Source of the DNA: an uncultured Candidatus Saccharibacteria bacterium
Lineage (GTDB): Bacteria > Patescibacteriota > UBA1384 > XYA2-FULL-43-10 > 1-14-0-10-43-13
Direction of reading: 5' to 3'
DNA: 64,000 nucleotides
Assembly: GCA_964419835.1 (NCBI GenBank)
Contig: CAYQPT010000003.1
Location: 799 to 64,798 of the forward strand
Below the pieces are notes generated by a model, which was given only the letters and a program-made list of their open reading frames with translations, was not told where the DNA came from and did not search any database. Positions 30,309-40,232 of this stretch are shown here, one piece after another. Each line of letters opens with the position of its first letter. Within the stretch, counting starts at the first letter, position 1. Position numbers and translations under genes: made by a program.

Positions 30309-30427
30309 AGGTAACGGTTAGGGCAACGATGCCCGTATCGGCTAGGTTGTTTGGTAGCGTAACCGTAACCCATCCGCCAGCTGGCGGAACGATACTGGTT
30401 TCGTAACCGATTAACGAAAACCGATAA
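30309..30427 (+). repeat. 119-bp structured intergenic element, copy 1
   Basis: 111/119 identical to 34816-34934 by manual alignment. Confidence 0.92.
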
Positions 30428-30458
30428 AAATTAGAATAATTTACTCCGAAGGAGTCAT

Positions 30459-33400
30459 ATGGCGAACATAGAAATTAAAGACCAGCTTAATGCAACCGAC
30501 TTTGAGGCAATTCAACTTTCTGTTGCCTCATCAGACGACATTCTAGCATGGTCTCACGGTGAAGTTTTAAAGCCGGAAACAATCAACTACCGTACACAAA
30601 AGCCGGAAAGAGACGGTCTTTTCTGCGAAAAAATCTTCGGTCCGACTAAGGACTGGGAATGTTATTGTGGAAAATACCGGAAGATCCGTTACAAAGGCGT
30701 TGTCTGCGACAAGTGCGGCGTTGAAGTAACAAGGTCATCAGTAAGACGCGTACGGCTTGGCCATATTGACCTTGCTGTTCCAGTTTCTCATATCTGGTAC
30801 GCAAAAGGTGCTTCCAGTATTGTTTCTATGATTTTAGATATGACTACTTCCGATTTGGAAAAAGTCGTCTATTTTGCCAGCTTCGTAACACTCTCAGTTA
30901 ATGAGGATCTAAAGAAGGCCAGCATGGAAGGTCTTGAGAAAGAGTATAAAGAATATCTGGAAGAAATAAAGAAATCGGGTGCAGAATCCGAGATTACAAA
31001 AGAAGATGTCGAGATTGCTTACAAATCGGCAAAAACTGAATTAAACGGTCTCACAATTGGAAAAATAATCTCTGAGCAGGTATATCATGAACTAAATATG
31101 AAATACGGCCAGATTATTGAAGTCGGCATTGGCGCTGAAGCAATTCTTAAACTGCTTAAGAATCTAGATATCGACAAAGAAACCGTTAGAGCTAAAGACG
31201 AATCCAAAAAACAGATCGGTTTGCAACGGGGCAAAATGCTAAAACGGCTTCGAGCTTTGACAAACCTAAAAGCAGCTAACATTGACCCCGCTTCACTCAT
31301 CTTAACCCGCCTGCCAGTTATTCCGCCGGATTTACGTCCAATGGTTCAGCTTGACGGTGGACGATTTGCCGCTTCCGACTTAAACGATCTTTATAGAAGA
31401 GTTTTGAACAGGAATAACCGGCTAAAGCGGCTTATGTCTCAGGGCGCTCCTGAGGTTATCTGTCGAAATGAGAAGAGAATGCTGCAGGAAGCTGTTGATG
31501 CTGTGATTGACAACTCAGCCAGAAAAGGCAAAGTTGCCTCATCGGCAGGAGGAAAAAGAAAATTGCGCTCACTTTCAGATATGCTTCGAGGCAAACAGGG
31601 ACGATTCCGACAGAACTTGCTTGGAAAACGTGTAGACTATTCAGGACGATCAGTTATTGTTGTTGGTCCACGGCTTAAGCTGCATCAGTGTGGTCTTCCT
31701 AAAATTATGGCTTTGGAGCTATTTAAACCGTTCATTATCGGACGGCTTATTTCCGATGGCTATGTACACAATGTTAAAAACGCAACCAGATTAATTGAAA
31801 GAGGCGAGTCATTTGTTTGGGATATTCTGGAAGATATTATTAAAGATAAATATGTTCTTCTAAACCGCGCCCCAACACTTCACAGACTTGGTATCCAGGC
31901 ATTCCAGCCGATCTTGATTGAAGGTAAAGCCATTCAAATTCATCCGCTCGTCTGTGCGGCTTTCAATGCTGACTTTGACGGGGACCAGATGGCCGTTCAT
32001 GTACCTTTGTCCGACAAGGCACAGGAAGAAGCCAGAACCATCATGCTTTCAGCCAATAACCTCTTAAAACCGGCTTCAGGTGATCCTGTGGTTACTCCTT
32101 CGTACGATATGATTTTGGGCGCCTTCTATGTTACCAAAATGGAAGAAAAAGCTAAGGGAACCGGTATGGTATTTAAGTCGGAAGATGAAGCTATTTCTGC
32201 TTATGACGGCGGTAACATTGATCTTGGTGCAAAAATAAAAGTCCGGCTAAACACTAAAGAAATTGTTGAAACTACAGTCGGCAGAATTATTTTTAACGAG
32301 ATTATTCCTAATGAACTTGGTTTCATAAACGACATATTCAATAAAAAGGCAATCTCCAAATTGGTTGACAAGATTTACCGTCAATTAGGAACGGAGAGAA
32401 CAGCTCAATTTGTAGATGACTTAAAGGATTTGGGCTTCAAATACGCTCAAAAGTCCGGATTAACCTTTGCCGTTGACGATATTCACATCCCTTCAACCAA
32501 AGCGGCTATCCTCAAGTCTTCAGAAGACCAGCTTTCAATTATCGACAAACAGTATCAAAGGGGTCTTATTACCGACGAAGAAAGATACGCCAAAACAATT
32601 GAGCTTTGGATGAACGCTCAGGGCCAGATCGAAAAAGATATGATGGATCAATACTCAAAGGAAAATGACCTTTTCATTGTTATGACATCAGGTGCCAGAG
32701 GTAATGTTGCTCAGATGATTCAGGTTGCCGGCATGAAGGGGCTCGTTGCAGATACAACCGGTTCCATTATAGAACTTCCGATTAAATCAAACTTTAAAGA
32801 AGGTCTCTCCGTATTTGAGTATTTTAACTCAACCCACGGCTCCCGAAAAGGCCGAGCTGACACCGCTCTTCGAACTTCAGAAGCAGGTTATTTGACTAGA
32901 AGATTGGTTGATGTTTCTCAAGACACAGTTATTACTGAAGATGATTGTAAGAGCAAAAACGGAAGAATTATTTCCAGGGAATTTTATGCTGCGCTGGGTG
33001 AAAAGTGGGACAAATACCTTCTTGGCAGAGTTTTGTCAAAAGCCGCTGCGGGCGTTAAGGAAGGCACGATAATTACTCACGCCGAGGTCGAGAAATTTGA
33101 TACCGCAAAGCTAAACGAAATTGAAATAAGATCACTTCTTGGTTGTCATGCTAAACGGGGCGTCTGTAAAGCATGTTATGGCCTAGACTTGGCGACAGGT
33201 AAGTTGGTCGAAGCTGGCGCAACTGTTGGTATTGTTGCGGCTCAGGCAATCGGCGAACCTGGAACACAGCTTACCATGCGTACCTTCCATACTGGTGGTG
33301 CTGCTGGTGAAGATATCACTACCGGCTTGCCTCGAGTTGAAGAGCTTTTTGAGTCTAGAGTACCCAAGAAACCGGCAATCCTCTCAGAAATTGACGGCAA

Positions 33401-34184
33401 GGTAGTCATTCGAACAGAAAAAGACGGATCTATTTTGACCGTGTCGGGTAAGGGAGAAAAATCAGAAGCTATCAGCTTAACTGAAGGATACAACTGGGTC
33501 GTTGAGGACGGATCAAAGCTTAAAGCAAAACAGATTATTGCTGAAAAAGAAGGTGAAAAGCCAATCAGAAGCAAAGTTAACGGCGAGATCAGATTGAATA
33601 ATCGAAAAGCCATTATTAATAGCGCCGGCAACATTGTCCGCGAATACTCTGTCGGAAGATTGACTCAGCTTAAAGTCAAAGACGGCGATTTGGTTTCCAA
33701 GGGTCAGCCATTGACTGAAGGACATTATGATTTGTCCATGAGCTTAAAGTTTGCTGGAAGATCAAAAACCATCAACTATATCATCAAGCAGGTACAGTCA
33801 ATTTATGAGTCTCAGGGACAAGATATTAACGACAAGCACCTTGAGGTTATTGTCCGATTGATGCTTTCCAAAGTTAAGATTACACTTTCCGGAGATTCAA
33901 AACTTCTTCCGGGACAGGTCACAAACTTGGTGGATGTTGAGTTGATTAATCAAAAACTTGAAAAAGAAGGCAAGAAGAAAGCCGATTTTGAGGACATCAT
34001 CATGGGTATCACCCGTGTGGCCTTAAAGACCGAAAGTTTCCTTTCAGCAGCTTCCTTCCAAGAAACCACAACCGTTTTGATCGAAGCAGCAACTTCTGCA
34101 AAAATTGATCATTTGCGCGGTCTTAAGGAAAATGTAATTATCGGTAAATTGATCCCAGCTGGAACCGGCCTGAATCAATCGTAG
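30459..34184 (+). CDS. rpoC: RNA polymerase beta-prime subunit
   Basis: Zn-ribbon CYC...CDKC, GKRVDYSGRS, NADFDGDQMAVH, EPGTQLTMRTFH. Confidence 0.99.
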   Translation: MANIEIKDQLNATDFEAIQLSVASSDDILAWSHGEVLKPETINYRTQKPERDGLFCEKIFGPTKDWECYCGKYRKIRYKGVVCDKCGVEVTRSSVRRVRLGHIDLAVPVSHIWYAKGASSIVSMILDMTTSDLEKVVYFASFVTLSVNEDLKKASMEGLEKEYKEYLEEIKKSGAESEITKEDVEIAYKSAKTELNGLTIGKIISEQVYHELNMKYGQIIEVGIGAEAILKLLKNLDIDKETVRAKDESKKQIGLQRGKMLKRLRALTNLKAANIDPASLILTRLPVIPPDLRPMVQLDGGRFAASDLNDLYRRVLNRNNRLKRLMSQGAPEVICRNEKRMLQEAVDAVIDNSARKGKVASSAGGKRKLRSLSDMLRGKQGRFRQNLLGKRVDYSGRSVIVVGPRLKLHQCGLPKIMALELFKPFIIGRLISDGYVHNVKNATRLIERGESFVWDILEDIIKDKYVLLNRAPTLHRLGIQAFQPILIEGKAIQIHPLVCAAFNADFDGDQMAVHVPLSDKAQEEARTIMLSANNLLKPASGDPVVTPSYDMILGAFYVTKMEEKAKGTGMVFKSEDEAISAYDGGNIDLGAKIKVRLNTKEIVETTVGRIIFNEIIPNELGFINDIFNKKAISKLVDKIYRQLGTERTAQFVDDLKDLGFKYAQKSGLTFAVDDIHIPSTKAAILKSSEDQLSIIDKQYQRGLITDEERYAKTIELWMNAQGQIEKDMMDQYSKENDLFIVMTSGARGNVAQMIQVAGMKGLVADTTGSIIELPIKSNFKEGLSVFEYFNSTHGSRKGRADTALRTSEAGYLTRRLVDVSQDTVITEDDCKSKNGRIISREFYAALGEKWDKYLLGRVLSKAAAGVKEGTIITHAEVEKFDTAKLNEIEIRSLLGCHAKRGVCKACYGLDLATGKLVEAGATVGIVAAQAIGEPGTQLTMRTFHTGGAAGEDITTGLPRVEELFESRVPKKPAILSEIDGKVVIRTEKDGSILTVSGKGEKSEAISLTEGYNWVVEDGSKLKAKQIIAEKEGEKPIRSKVNGEIRLNNRKAIINSAGNIVREYSVGRLTQLKVKDGDLVSKGQPLTEGHYDLSMSLKFAGRSKTINYIIKQVQSIYESQGQDINDKHLEVIVRLMLSKVKITLSGDSKLLPGQVTNLVDVELINQKLEKEGKKKADFEDIIMGITRVALKTESFLSAASFQETTTVLIEAATSAKIDHLRGLKENVIIGKLIPAGTGLNQS

Positions 34185-34190
34185 ATTGAT

Positions 34191-34318
34191 AAAATCCAAA
34201 ATTCGAATATCGAAATCCGAAACAAATTCGAATGACAAAAATTGAGAAATGTTTAAAACATTAGAAAATTAAGATTTATAATTTGTTTCGAACATTCGGG
34301 TTTCGTGCTTCGAGTTTG
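34191..34318 (+). repeat. Intergenic heptad-unit long imperfect hairpin (cgaaat family)
   Basis: aaattcgaatatcgaaatccgaaacaaatt ... aatttgtttcgaacattcgggtttcgtgcttcgagttt. Confidence 0.8.
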
Positions 34319-34392
34319 AGATGGTTAGAACAATTGACCGCAAGATAAATTTATGTTAAAGTGATAAAGTTAAATATCAATTTGAGAAAAAA

Positions 34393-34812
34393 ATGCCAAC
34401 AGTAAACCAATTAGTAAAATACGGTCGCAAAAAGACCAAAAATAAAACCAAAACTACCGCTATTAAGACAACTTTTAACTATCTAAAGAACAAACCGGTT
34501 AAGATTGATAGTGGTTGCCCTCAAAAGCGCGGTGTTTGTATTAAAGTCGGAACAATGACTCCTAAGAAACCAAACTCGGCTTTGCGTAAATTCGCCAGAG
34601 TACGGCTTACTAATGGTTTTGAAGTAAATGCATATATTGGCGGAGAAGGCCATCAGCTTCAGGAACACTCGGTTGTGCTTATCCGTGGCGGTCGTGTAAA
34701 AGACCTTCCCGGTATGCGATATCATATTGTCCGTGGTAAGCTTGATTTAACTGGTGTAAAAGACCGCAAGAAAGCCCGAAGCAAATACGGCGTTAAAAAA
34801 GCAGTAGAGTAA
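34393..34812 (+). CDS. rpsL: 30S ribosomal protein uS12
   Basis: [27 protein letters not shown]. Confidence 0.99.
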   Translation: MPTVNQLVKYGRKKTKNKTKTTAIKTTFNYLKNKPVKIDSGCPQKRGVCIKVGTMTPKKPNSALRKFARVRLTNGFEVNAYIGGEGHQLQEHSVVLIRGGRVKDLPGMRYHIVRGKLDLTGVKDRKKARSKYGVKKAVE

Positions 34813-34815
34813 ATA

Positions 34816-34934
34816 AGGTAACGGCTAGGGTAACGATGCCCGTATCGGTTAGGTTGTTCGGTAACGCAGCCGTAACCCATCCGCCAGCTGGCGGAACGAT
34901 ACTGGTTTCGTAACCGATTAACGAAAAACGATAA
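34816..34934 (+). repeat. 119-bp structured intergenic element, copy 2
   Basis: Near-identical to 30309-30427. Confidence 0.92.
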
Positions 34935-34941
34935 GGAAATC

Positions 34942-35418
34942 ATGAGTAGAGGAAATGCAAAAACAAAGCAGCACAGAATAACACCTGACGCCAAATACGA
35001 CAGCGTTATTTTGGCAAAGTTTACCAACTACATCATGCTAAACGGCAAAAAGACTGTTGCAGAAAAGACAGTTCATGCTGCGTTAAAGCATGCCAATGAA
35101 AAGATAAATGCTCCTGAAATGGATATTTTTGATCAGGCATTGAAAAATGTCGGACCAATTCTAGAAGTAAAAAGCAAGCGAATCGGTGGTGCAAACTACC
35201 AAGTCCCCATTGAAGTTTCGAAAGACAGAAGAAATACTTTGGCAATGCGCTGGATAATTTCCGCAGCCAGATCAGGCAAAGGAAAACCAATGTCAGAAAA
35301 ACTTGCTGCTGAGTTCATCAATGCATACAACGGTGAAGGCGCAGCCATGAAGAAGAAACAGGAAACACACAGAATGGCAGAAGCCAATAAAGCATTTGCT
35401 CATTTCGCACGGTTCTGA
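34942..35418 (+). CDS. rpsG: 30S ribosomal protein uS7
   Basis: RIGGANYQVP, HRMAEANKAFAH. Confidence 0.99.
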   Translation: MSRGNAKTKQHRITPDAKYDSVILAKFTNYIMLNGKKTVAEKTVHAALKHANEKINAPEMDIFDQALKNVGPILEVKSKRIGGANYQVPIEVSKDRRNTLAMRWIISAARSGKGKPMSEKLAAEFINAYNGEGAAMKKKQETHRMAEANKAFAHFARF

Positions 35419-35473
35419 GAATACGGATATACGGATTTAACTCAGATATACAGATTTACAAATAAATAATTAT

Positions 35474-35512
35474 AAAAAAACACCCATTCGACTACGCTCA
35501 GGGTGTTTTTTT
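35474..35512 (+). terminator. Terminator whose loop is the REP-like ttcgactacgctcag motif
   Basis: aaaaaaacaccc-attcgactacgctca-gggtgttttttt. Confidence 0.75.
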
Positions 35513-35612
35513 GTGGAAGATTGTCCGATGAGATTGAGGATAACCCATGTTATTGTTCGAGATAGGTTCCACAACAATTTAACCGTTTAACAATTTAACT
35601 ATTTAACCAACC

Positions 35613-36059
35613 ATGAACCTAACATCGGACGATTTCAATAATTGTGACTACATTCCGGAGGAATACACTTACGACGGTGAAAATATGAATCCACCGCTCG
35701 AGATTCACGATGTGCCGGAAAAAGCCAAAAGCTTGGCTTTAATTATGGAGGATCCCGACGCCCCTAATGGCGAACTCATTCATTGGCTACTTTGGAATAT
35801 CCCTCCGGCTGAGAAAGAGATCGACAGTGAACAATCATTGCCTTTAAACGGTGTTTGCGGGATTACCAGCGCCGGTAAGCCGGGTTATACCGGCCCCTGT
35901 CCGCCCACAGGAGAGGAACACAGGTATTTTTTTAAGCTTTATGCGTTAGATATCAAGCTTGATCTGTTTTGTAGCGCAAATAAAATTGATCTAAAGCGGG
36001 CAATGGATGGCCATATTATAGAAAAAGCCGAACTAGTCGGACTTTATAGAAGGAAATAG
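35613..36059 (+). CDS. YbhB/YbcL family (PEBP/Raf kinase inhibitor-like) protein
   Basis: DPDAP, HWLLWNI, YTGPCPP, HRYFFKLYALD. Confidence 0.93.
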   Translation: MNLTSDDFNNCDYIPEEYTYDGENMNPPLEIHDVPEKAKSLALIMEDPDAPNGELIHWLLWNIPPAEKEIDSEQSLPLNGVCGITSAGKPGYTGPCPPTGEEHRYFFKLYALDIKLDLFCSANKIDLKRAMDGHIIEKAELVGLYRRK

Positions 36060-36078
36060 ACCACCAATAAAAGGAGTA

Positions 36079-36108
36079 GCCCACCGTCGTTGGAAGCGAC
36101 GGTGGGCG
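36079..36108. terminator. GC-rich hairpin between convergent units
   Basis: gcccaccgtcgt-tgga-gcgacggtgggc-type stem. Confidence 0.6.
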
Positions 36109-36630
36109 ATGGATCCGAGCGTGCAACCGATTGGTCGCCGCTGAGTGAAACGGACATGTCCGCTGGTATTTCTTACACTCTTTCAGTCAGAGTTGTCGGT
36201 TGCCAGGTCGAGATGAATCCGACCAAAGTTTCGCCGAAAAGCGAGTCAATGCGCACATAATTGTGCGACTGGGAGGTGGGGGCATCTTTCGTCGCCCCCA
36301 GAGTCAAGCAAATTGCCTGCTAGCGAACCCAAGGGCTCGCATTGCTTCCCAAGTCGGGGCGATCATAGACTGACCCTGCGAACCGACCCTCGAAATCGGG
36401 GTCGAAACGCAGTTACTACCGCCAGTGACAATCGCTGCCAGGGCTACTTCCGTTGGTGTAGCACCGACGAGGTAGGGTGTCGCAGACACACGTAAGAGGA
36501 AAATCGAAGCCGTTAAGAGCAAATCTCCCATCCTCCTTTCACAAGCACAACGAACAATACGCTTGATAATAGGAAATATAGCACTAGTAAAAATACCGTG
36601 CAATAGGGTGCAACTGTGTATAACTCATAA

Positions 36631-37752
36631 CTAGATCACTTTCTTATCGGCCAGGTATTTGGCGATGTCATCCACGGTTAATATTCCTACAAGCTGATTA
36701 TCTTCAAGAATGGTGACAAAGCCAACATTTTTTGAAACCATCAGCTTTAATGCGTCAATCGCTTTGTCATTTTCCTGAAGATAAAAATTATGCAAAAAAC
36801 TTCTCATCAATTCGTAAACACGCGTTTCTTCGGTAATATGAGCACTATTTTTACGGATATCATCCAGCGAAATTGTCCCTACAACGGTGTTGTCTAAAAT
36901 CACAGGCAAATTATCGACATTATATTTCAGAAAAAATTCTTCAATAAGAGAATTAATAGTTAAATATGGTGTAACTGTCAGCATATTTCTATTTAAAATC
37001 TGCTTGATTTGTACTTTTTCAAGCGCAGTTCTAATCAAGAGCTCCATATACCCCTGTCCCGCCGCTTGATATAAAAACAAACCGATCAAAATGAGCCAAG
37101 CACCGCTGAACAAATCGGTTGTAATAATCCGTACTATTCCAAATACCACAACTAAAACGGCAATCATTTTACCGCTGTCGCTGGCGATTTGCGTTGCTTT
37201 TTTTAGATTTTTGGTATAGCTCCAAGCAATTGAGCGTAAAATTCTACCTCCGTCGAGCGGGAAACCGGGCAAGAGGTTAAACATACCGAATAGAAGATTG
37301 ATCTGCGATAGAGTCGAAGCAAGCACGGTCACATTAAATAGCAGGCCATGCTGTCTTGTAAGTAAATAAATTACAAAAAATATGCCGGATAAAACAAAGC
37401 TGGTAATGGGACCGGCAATTGCAACGCGGAATTCAGTTCTGGCGTTGTCGGGCTCCTCGAAAAGCTCGGCGATCCCGCCAAATAAAAATAATGTAATACG
37501 ATTAATTTTAAAACCATTCTTTTTAGCTGTGATAGAGTGAGCTAGTTCATGAATGAGAGCGGAAGAAAATAAGAGCACTGAAGTTATGGCGGCGAGAATA
37601 ATATTAGTTTGGATGCTGGCGGTTGAATTTAAAGTAGGGAAGTATTTTGCCGAAAGAAGCCATATTAAAAGTGCGAAAATTATAAACCAAGAATAATCAA
37701 GAAATATCTCGATGCCAAAGAGCTTTCCAATTTTAATACCGCTTGTTCGCAC
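36631..37752 (-). CDS. Site-2 protease family (M50) intramembrane metalloprotease with CBS pair
   Basis: HELAH, AGP and FNLLPGFPLDGGR; C-terminal CBS motifs LPV...VVGTISLDDI and LVGILTVDDI. Confidence 0.95.
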   Translation of the reverse strand: MRTSGIKIGKLFGIEIFLDYSWFIIFALLIWLLSAKYFPTLNSTASIQTNIILAAITSVLLFSSALIHELAHSITAKKNGFKINRITLFLFGGIAELFEEPDNARTEFRVAIAGPITSFVLSGIFFVIYLLTRQHGLLFNVTVLASTLSQINLLFGMFNLLPGFPLDGGRILRSIAWSYTKNLKKATQIASDSGKMIAVLVVVFGIVRIITTDLFSGAWLILIGLFLYQAAGQGYMELLIRTALEKVQIKQILNRNMLTVTPYLTINSLIEEFFLKYNVDNLPVILDNTVVGTISLDDIRKNSAHITEETRVYELMRSFLHNFYLQENDKAIDALKLMVSKNVGFVTILEDNQLVGILTVDDIAKYLADKKVI

Positions 37753-38117
37753 GGGTATGAGAGTAGCAAAGCAAGTTAACTTAATCGTTATGATTTATCA
37801 TAAATATAAAAAATACCTGCAAAAAAGCAGGATTTTTATGTATTTGGTATTATTGAGGGGAGGCGGCTGGCAAGACCGGGGAGGTCTATGCCAGCATGTT
37901 TTGGGGATCGAAAGAAGTCGAATCCAATAGGGGTCTTTGAGGTAATCCCGATAGCTAACTACCGATTGTCGTTTCTGATAGAGTAGCTACCGTAATGAAG
38001 TAGCCAAATCTTTGGTCTCTACAACAAAGAAGTGGCAATGCTGCGACTCGTGCATCTTGCACTCCTCACAACAGCCTTATTTTCGCACAAATTGAGATCA
38101 AAGTCAAGCGTGTCCGA

Positions 38118-38146
38118 TTGACATTTGAGCGCTAGTATGCTATAAT
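38118..38146 (+). promoter_or_regulatory. Perfect consensus sigma70 promoter with extended -10
   Basis: TTGACA-17 nt-(TGc)TATAAT. Confidence 0.85.
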
Positions 38147-38270
38147 ACTAAAGTAATCTGCTGGAGAAGGGTTCCCCTAAGGGGATCTCATCTCGGGCAG
38201 GCAACATTAGGCAACTGCTCGACATCACATCCGGCCCAGGTCGGATTTCCACGGAAGGACTGGTGAGAGA

Positions 38271-38627
38271 ATGTTCAGAGACAGAAGGTTCATCGCGGTT
38301 GTGCTGCTTGCGTTAGTGGTTGGAGGAGTGTGGGGACTGTTCCACAACGACGTTTTGGGCACCAAGCGTGCTCGAGCCAACTACAATGAAGGTGTCAGAG
38401 CCTTCAAAGCCGACCTGAACGGTCGCGTATGGGTTTCTCACAAGATTCGCACGGGCGAAGGATATTACGACGCCTGTGTGGTCTCCGGATTTCACAAGGA
38501 GATAACGGATTATCGGCGTGATGTGATCGAGGAAACGCTTCAAGCGTATCCCCTTAACACTCACATCGATGTTACCTTTCTCCACCCCGGAGATGTTGTC
38601 TGGGTGCCTGTCGGTCGAGACGACTGA
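38271..38627 (+). CDS. Small TM-anchored protein with degenerate LysM-like C-terminus
   Basis: N-terminal TM; HKIRTGEG...LHPGDVVWVP resembles LysM ends. Confidence 0.6.
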   Translation: MFRDRRFIAVVLLALVVGGVWGLFHNDVLGTKRARANYNEGVRAFKADLNGRVWVSHKIRTGEGYYDACVVSGFHKEITDYRRDVIEETLQAYPLNTHIDVTFLHPGDVVWVPVGRDD

Positions 38628-38660
38628 TTGGCCCGCAAGTGGCTTCGGTCACAGAGTAGT

Positions 38661-38688
38661 TTCCCGAGCGTGCTTTCACGCTCGGGAA
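38661..38688 (+). terminator. Hairpin/terminator
   Basis: ttcccgagcgtg-cttt-cacgctcgggaa. Confidence 0.6.
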
Positions 38689-38772
38689 CATCCCCCTTTT
38701 CTTCTCATGTGTGGAATCAGTTGAATTCATCATGAGCAGAGAAAGAAACGTCTGCCGGTTAGGGGAAGAAAG

Positions 38773-39048
38773 ATGAAATTGCATCGCATTATTTACGTCT
38801 TCATTGTCCTTTCCACCTTCCAGTATGCTCGTGTGTGGAACGGCGACCTTGCGTCGTATGTACGTTTACACACGAACAATCATGGATACGCGGCATTATC
38901 CGCGTTGCTGGCCTACCTGACAGAACTCGCTCTTGCGAGCTGGGTAATGGTAACAATAACCGCGCGCGAGCGACAGGACCAAGCCAGAGAGAAGGTCAGC
39001 AATGCTGGCCCTCGAGCGCCTGGCCCGAACGATGTAGCGCCTCTCTAA
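38773..39048 (+). CDS. Hypothetical small two-TM protein
   Basis: RBS aggggaag; two hydrophobic segments. Confidence 0.55.
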   Translation: MKLHRIIYVFIVLSTFQYARVWNGDLASYVRLHTNNHGYAALSALLAYLTELALASWVMVTITARERQDQAREKVSNAGPRAPGPNDVAPL

Positions 39049-39112
39049 ACTAGCAGAGTCGCTAACCGGCTTTGCATTGACTGCTTCCCGAGTGAGGTTA
39101 TGGAGAATTAGA

Positions 39113-39331
39113 ATGCGAACAACAGTAGTTGTCGACTCAACGAGGAGAGATAGCTGCACAAATGGGACCGATTCCCCGACAATACTGGGGCTCAAAGAGG
39201 CCCTCGAACTCATCAAAGTGATGATCGAGGACACCGGTCAGATGTTCGCAGCTCTCCCTCTTACGTATGGCCAGAAAGGAGACTGGCCGACGAAGTACAT
39301 CATATATTCTGCGCACTATATGGCAGGATAA
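39113..39331 (+). CDS. Hypothetical small protein
   Basis: RBS ggaga before ATG 39113 (MRTTVVVD...). Confidence 0.45.
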   Translation: MRTTVVVDSTRRDSCTNGTDSPTILGLKEALELIKVMIEDTGQMFAALPLTYGQKGDWPTKYIIYSAHYMAG

Positions 39332-39603
39332 TATGATAACTCGTCATGGACCGGTCCGCACGTACGGGTGCGGACCATTAACCTCGAGAATCGAATCATC
39401 CGCCAGCTGGCGGATTGGATTTTCGAGAGTTGATTAAATAACTGATTAGATCCCTTGTTCATCAAAATAGTTTGATGAAGTAGAGGACTAATTAAGAGAG
39501 ATATCCACACCTTACGAGGTGTGATTTTTTTACACAAAAATGTTTTGGGTGTAGAATTGGGGTGGAGAAATTCTCTGATAGTTCTACCGACAGGGGGTAC
39601 GAT

Positions 39604-39870
39604 ATGTTCACGGAAATGTCACGGGATCATTTCTATCTGCTAGTACAGACAGCCGTACTACTCATCTCTGCTCTGCTTGCTCTGCAGTACTTCGGACTCA
39701 ATGCGATTGTCCATTCTTGGCACACTTGGGTCTTAATGGGTGCTCTCGTGCTATGCTGGCTGAACGCCATACTTCGTAATGGCAGGCCACTGTCTTGGGA
39801 ACCGAGCGCACTCTTGATGTTCGTGCTGGTAGCTCTCAGCTGCATCCAGGTAGGGGTAGGCAAGCATTAG
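39604..39870 (+). CDS. Hypothetical small three-TM protein
   Basis: Hydrophobic ORF; agggggt RBS-like sequence before ATG 39604. Confidence 0.55.
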   Translation: MFTEMSRDHFYLLVQTAVLLISALLALQYFGLNAIVHSWHTWVLMGALVLCWLNAILRNGRPLSWEPSALLMFVLVALSCIQVGVGKH

Positions 39871-40047
39871 GTTCTCATTCTGCAGGCATTAGTAATCCTG
39901 CAAACCCGTCCTGCACTATTCAGTGCAGGTTCGAGGTTTGTAGCAGATTTGTACCATATGCGATAGGATCTCTCGCCTTCCTCGATCCACCCACCGGTGG
40001 GCTCGTAATGGGTCGGGATGACAGGGGGGGGTTGTTGGGGGAAACAA

Positions 40048-40077
40048 TTGACAGCGCAGGAAAAATTATGTTATTAT
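40048..40077 (+). promoter_or_regulatory. Dedicated fusA promoter
   Basis: TTGACA-18 nt-(TGt)TATTAT. Confidence 0.55.
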
Positions 40078-40232
40078 TGCTCTGAAAGAGGGGCGTTTTT
40101 GTTTTTACTACGTAAAAAAATTCTTAATTTTTAAGTATTAATTTCTAAATTAAGTCCAAAATTTATTAAAATATTTAAAATTGAATAAAAATTTAAAATT
40201 ATAAATTAGAAATTCAATTCCGAAGGAATTCC

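Noticed and set aside
30083-35027. Similar minus-strand ORFs 30083-30373 and 34722-35027 (MGYG...RYGHR)
   Set aside because: The similarity comes from translating the duplicated 119-bp element; both are antisense to rpoB, rpsL or rpsG.
35416-35418. Alternative genetic code (TGA = Gly)
   Set aside because: rpsG and rplP end at TGA at their expected positions and the conserved genes translate without internal TGA.
39999-40041. G-quadruplex or phase-variable G8 tract upstream of the fusA promoter
   Set aside because: The G runs are partly explained by a REP end, lie upstream of the -35 box and outside any credible ORF; there is no supporting evidence.
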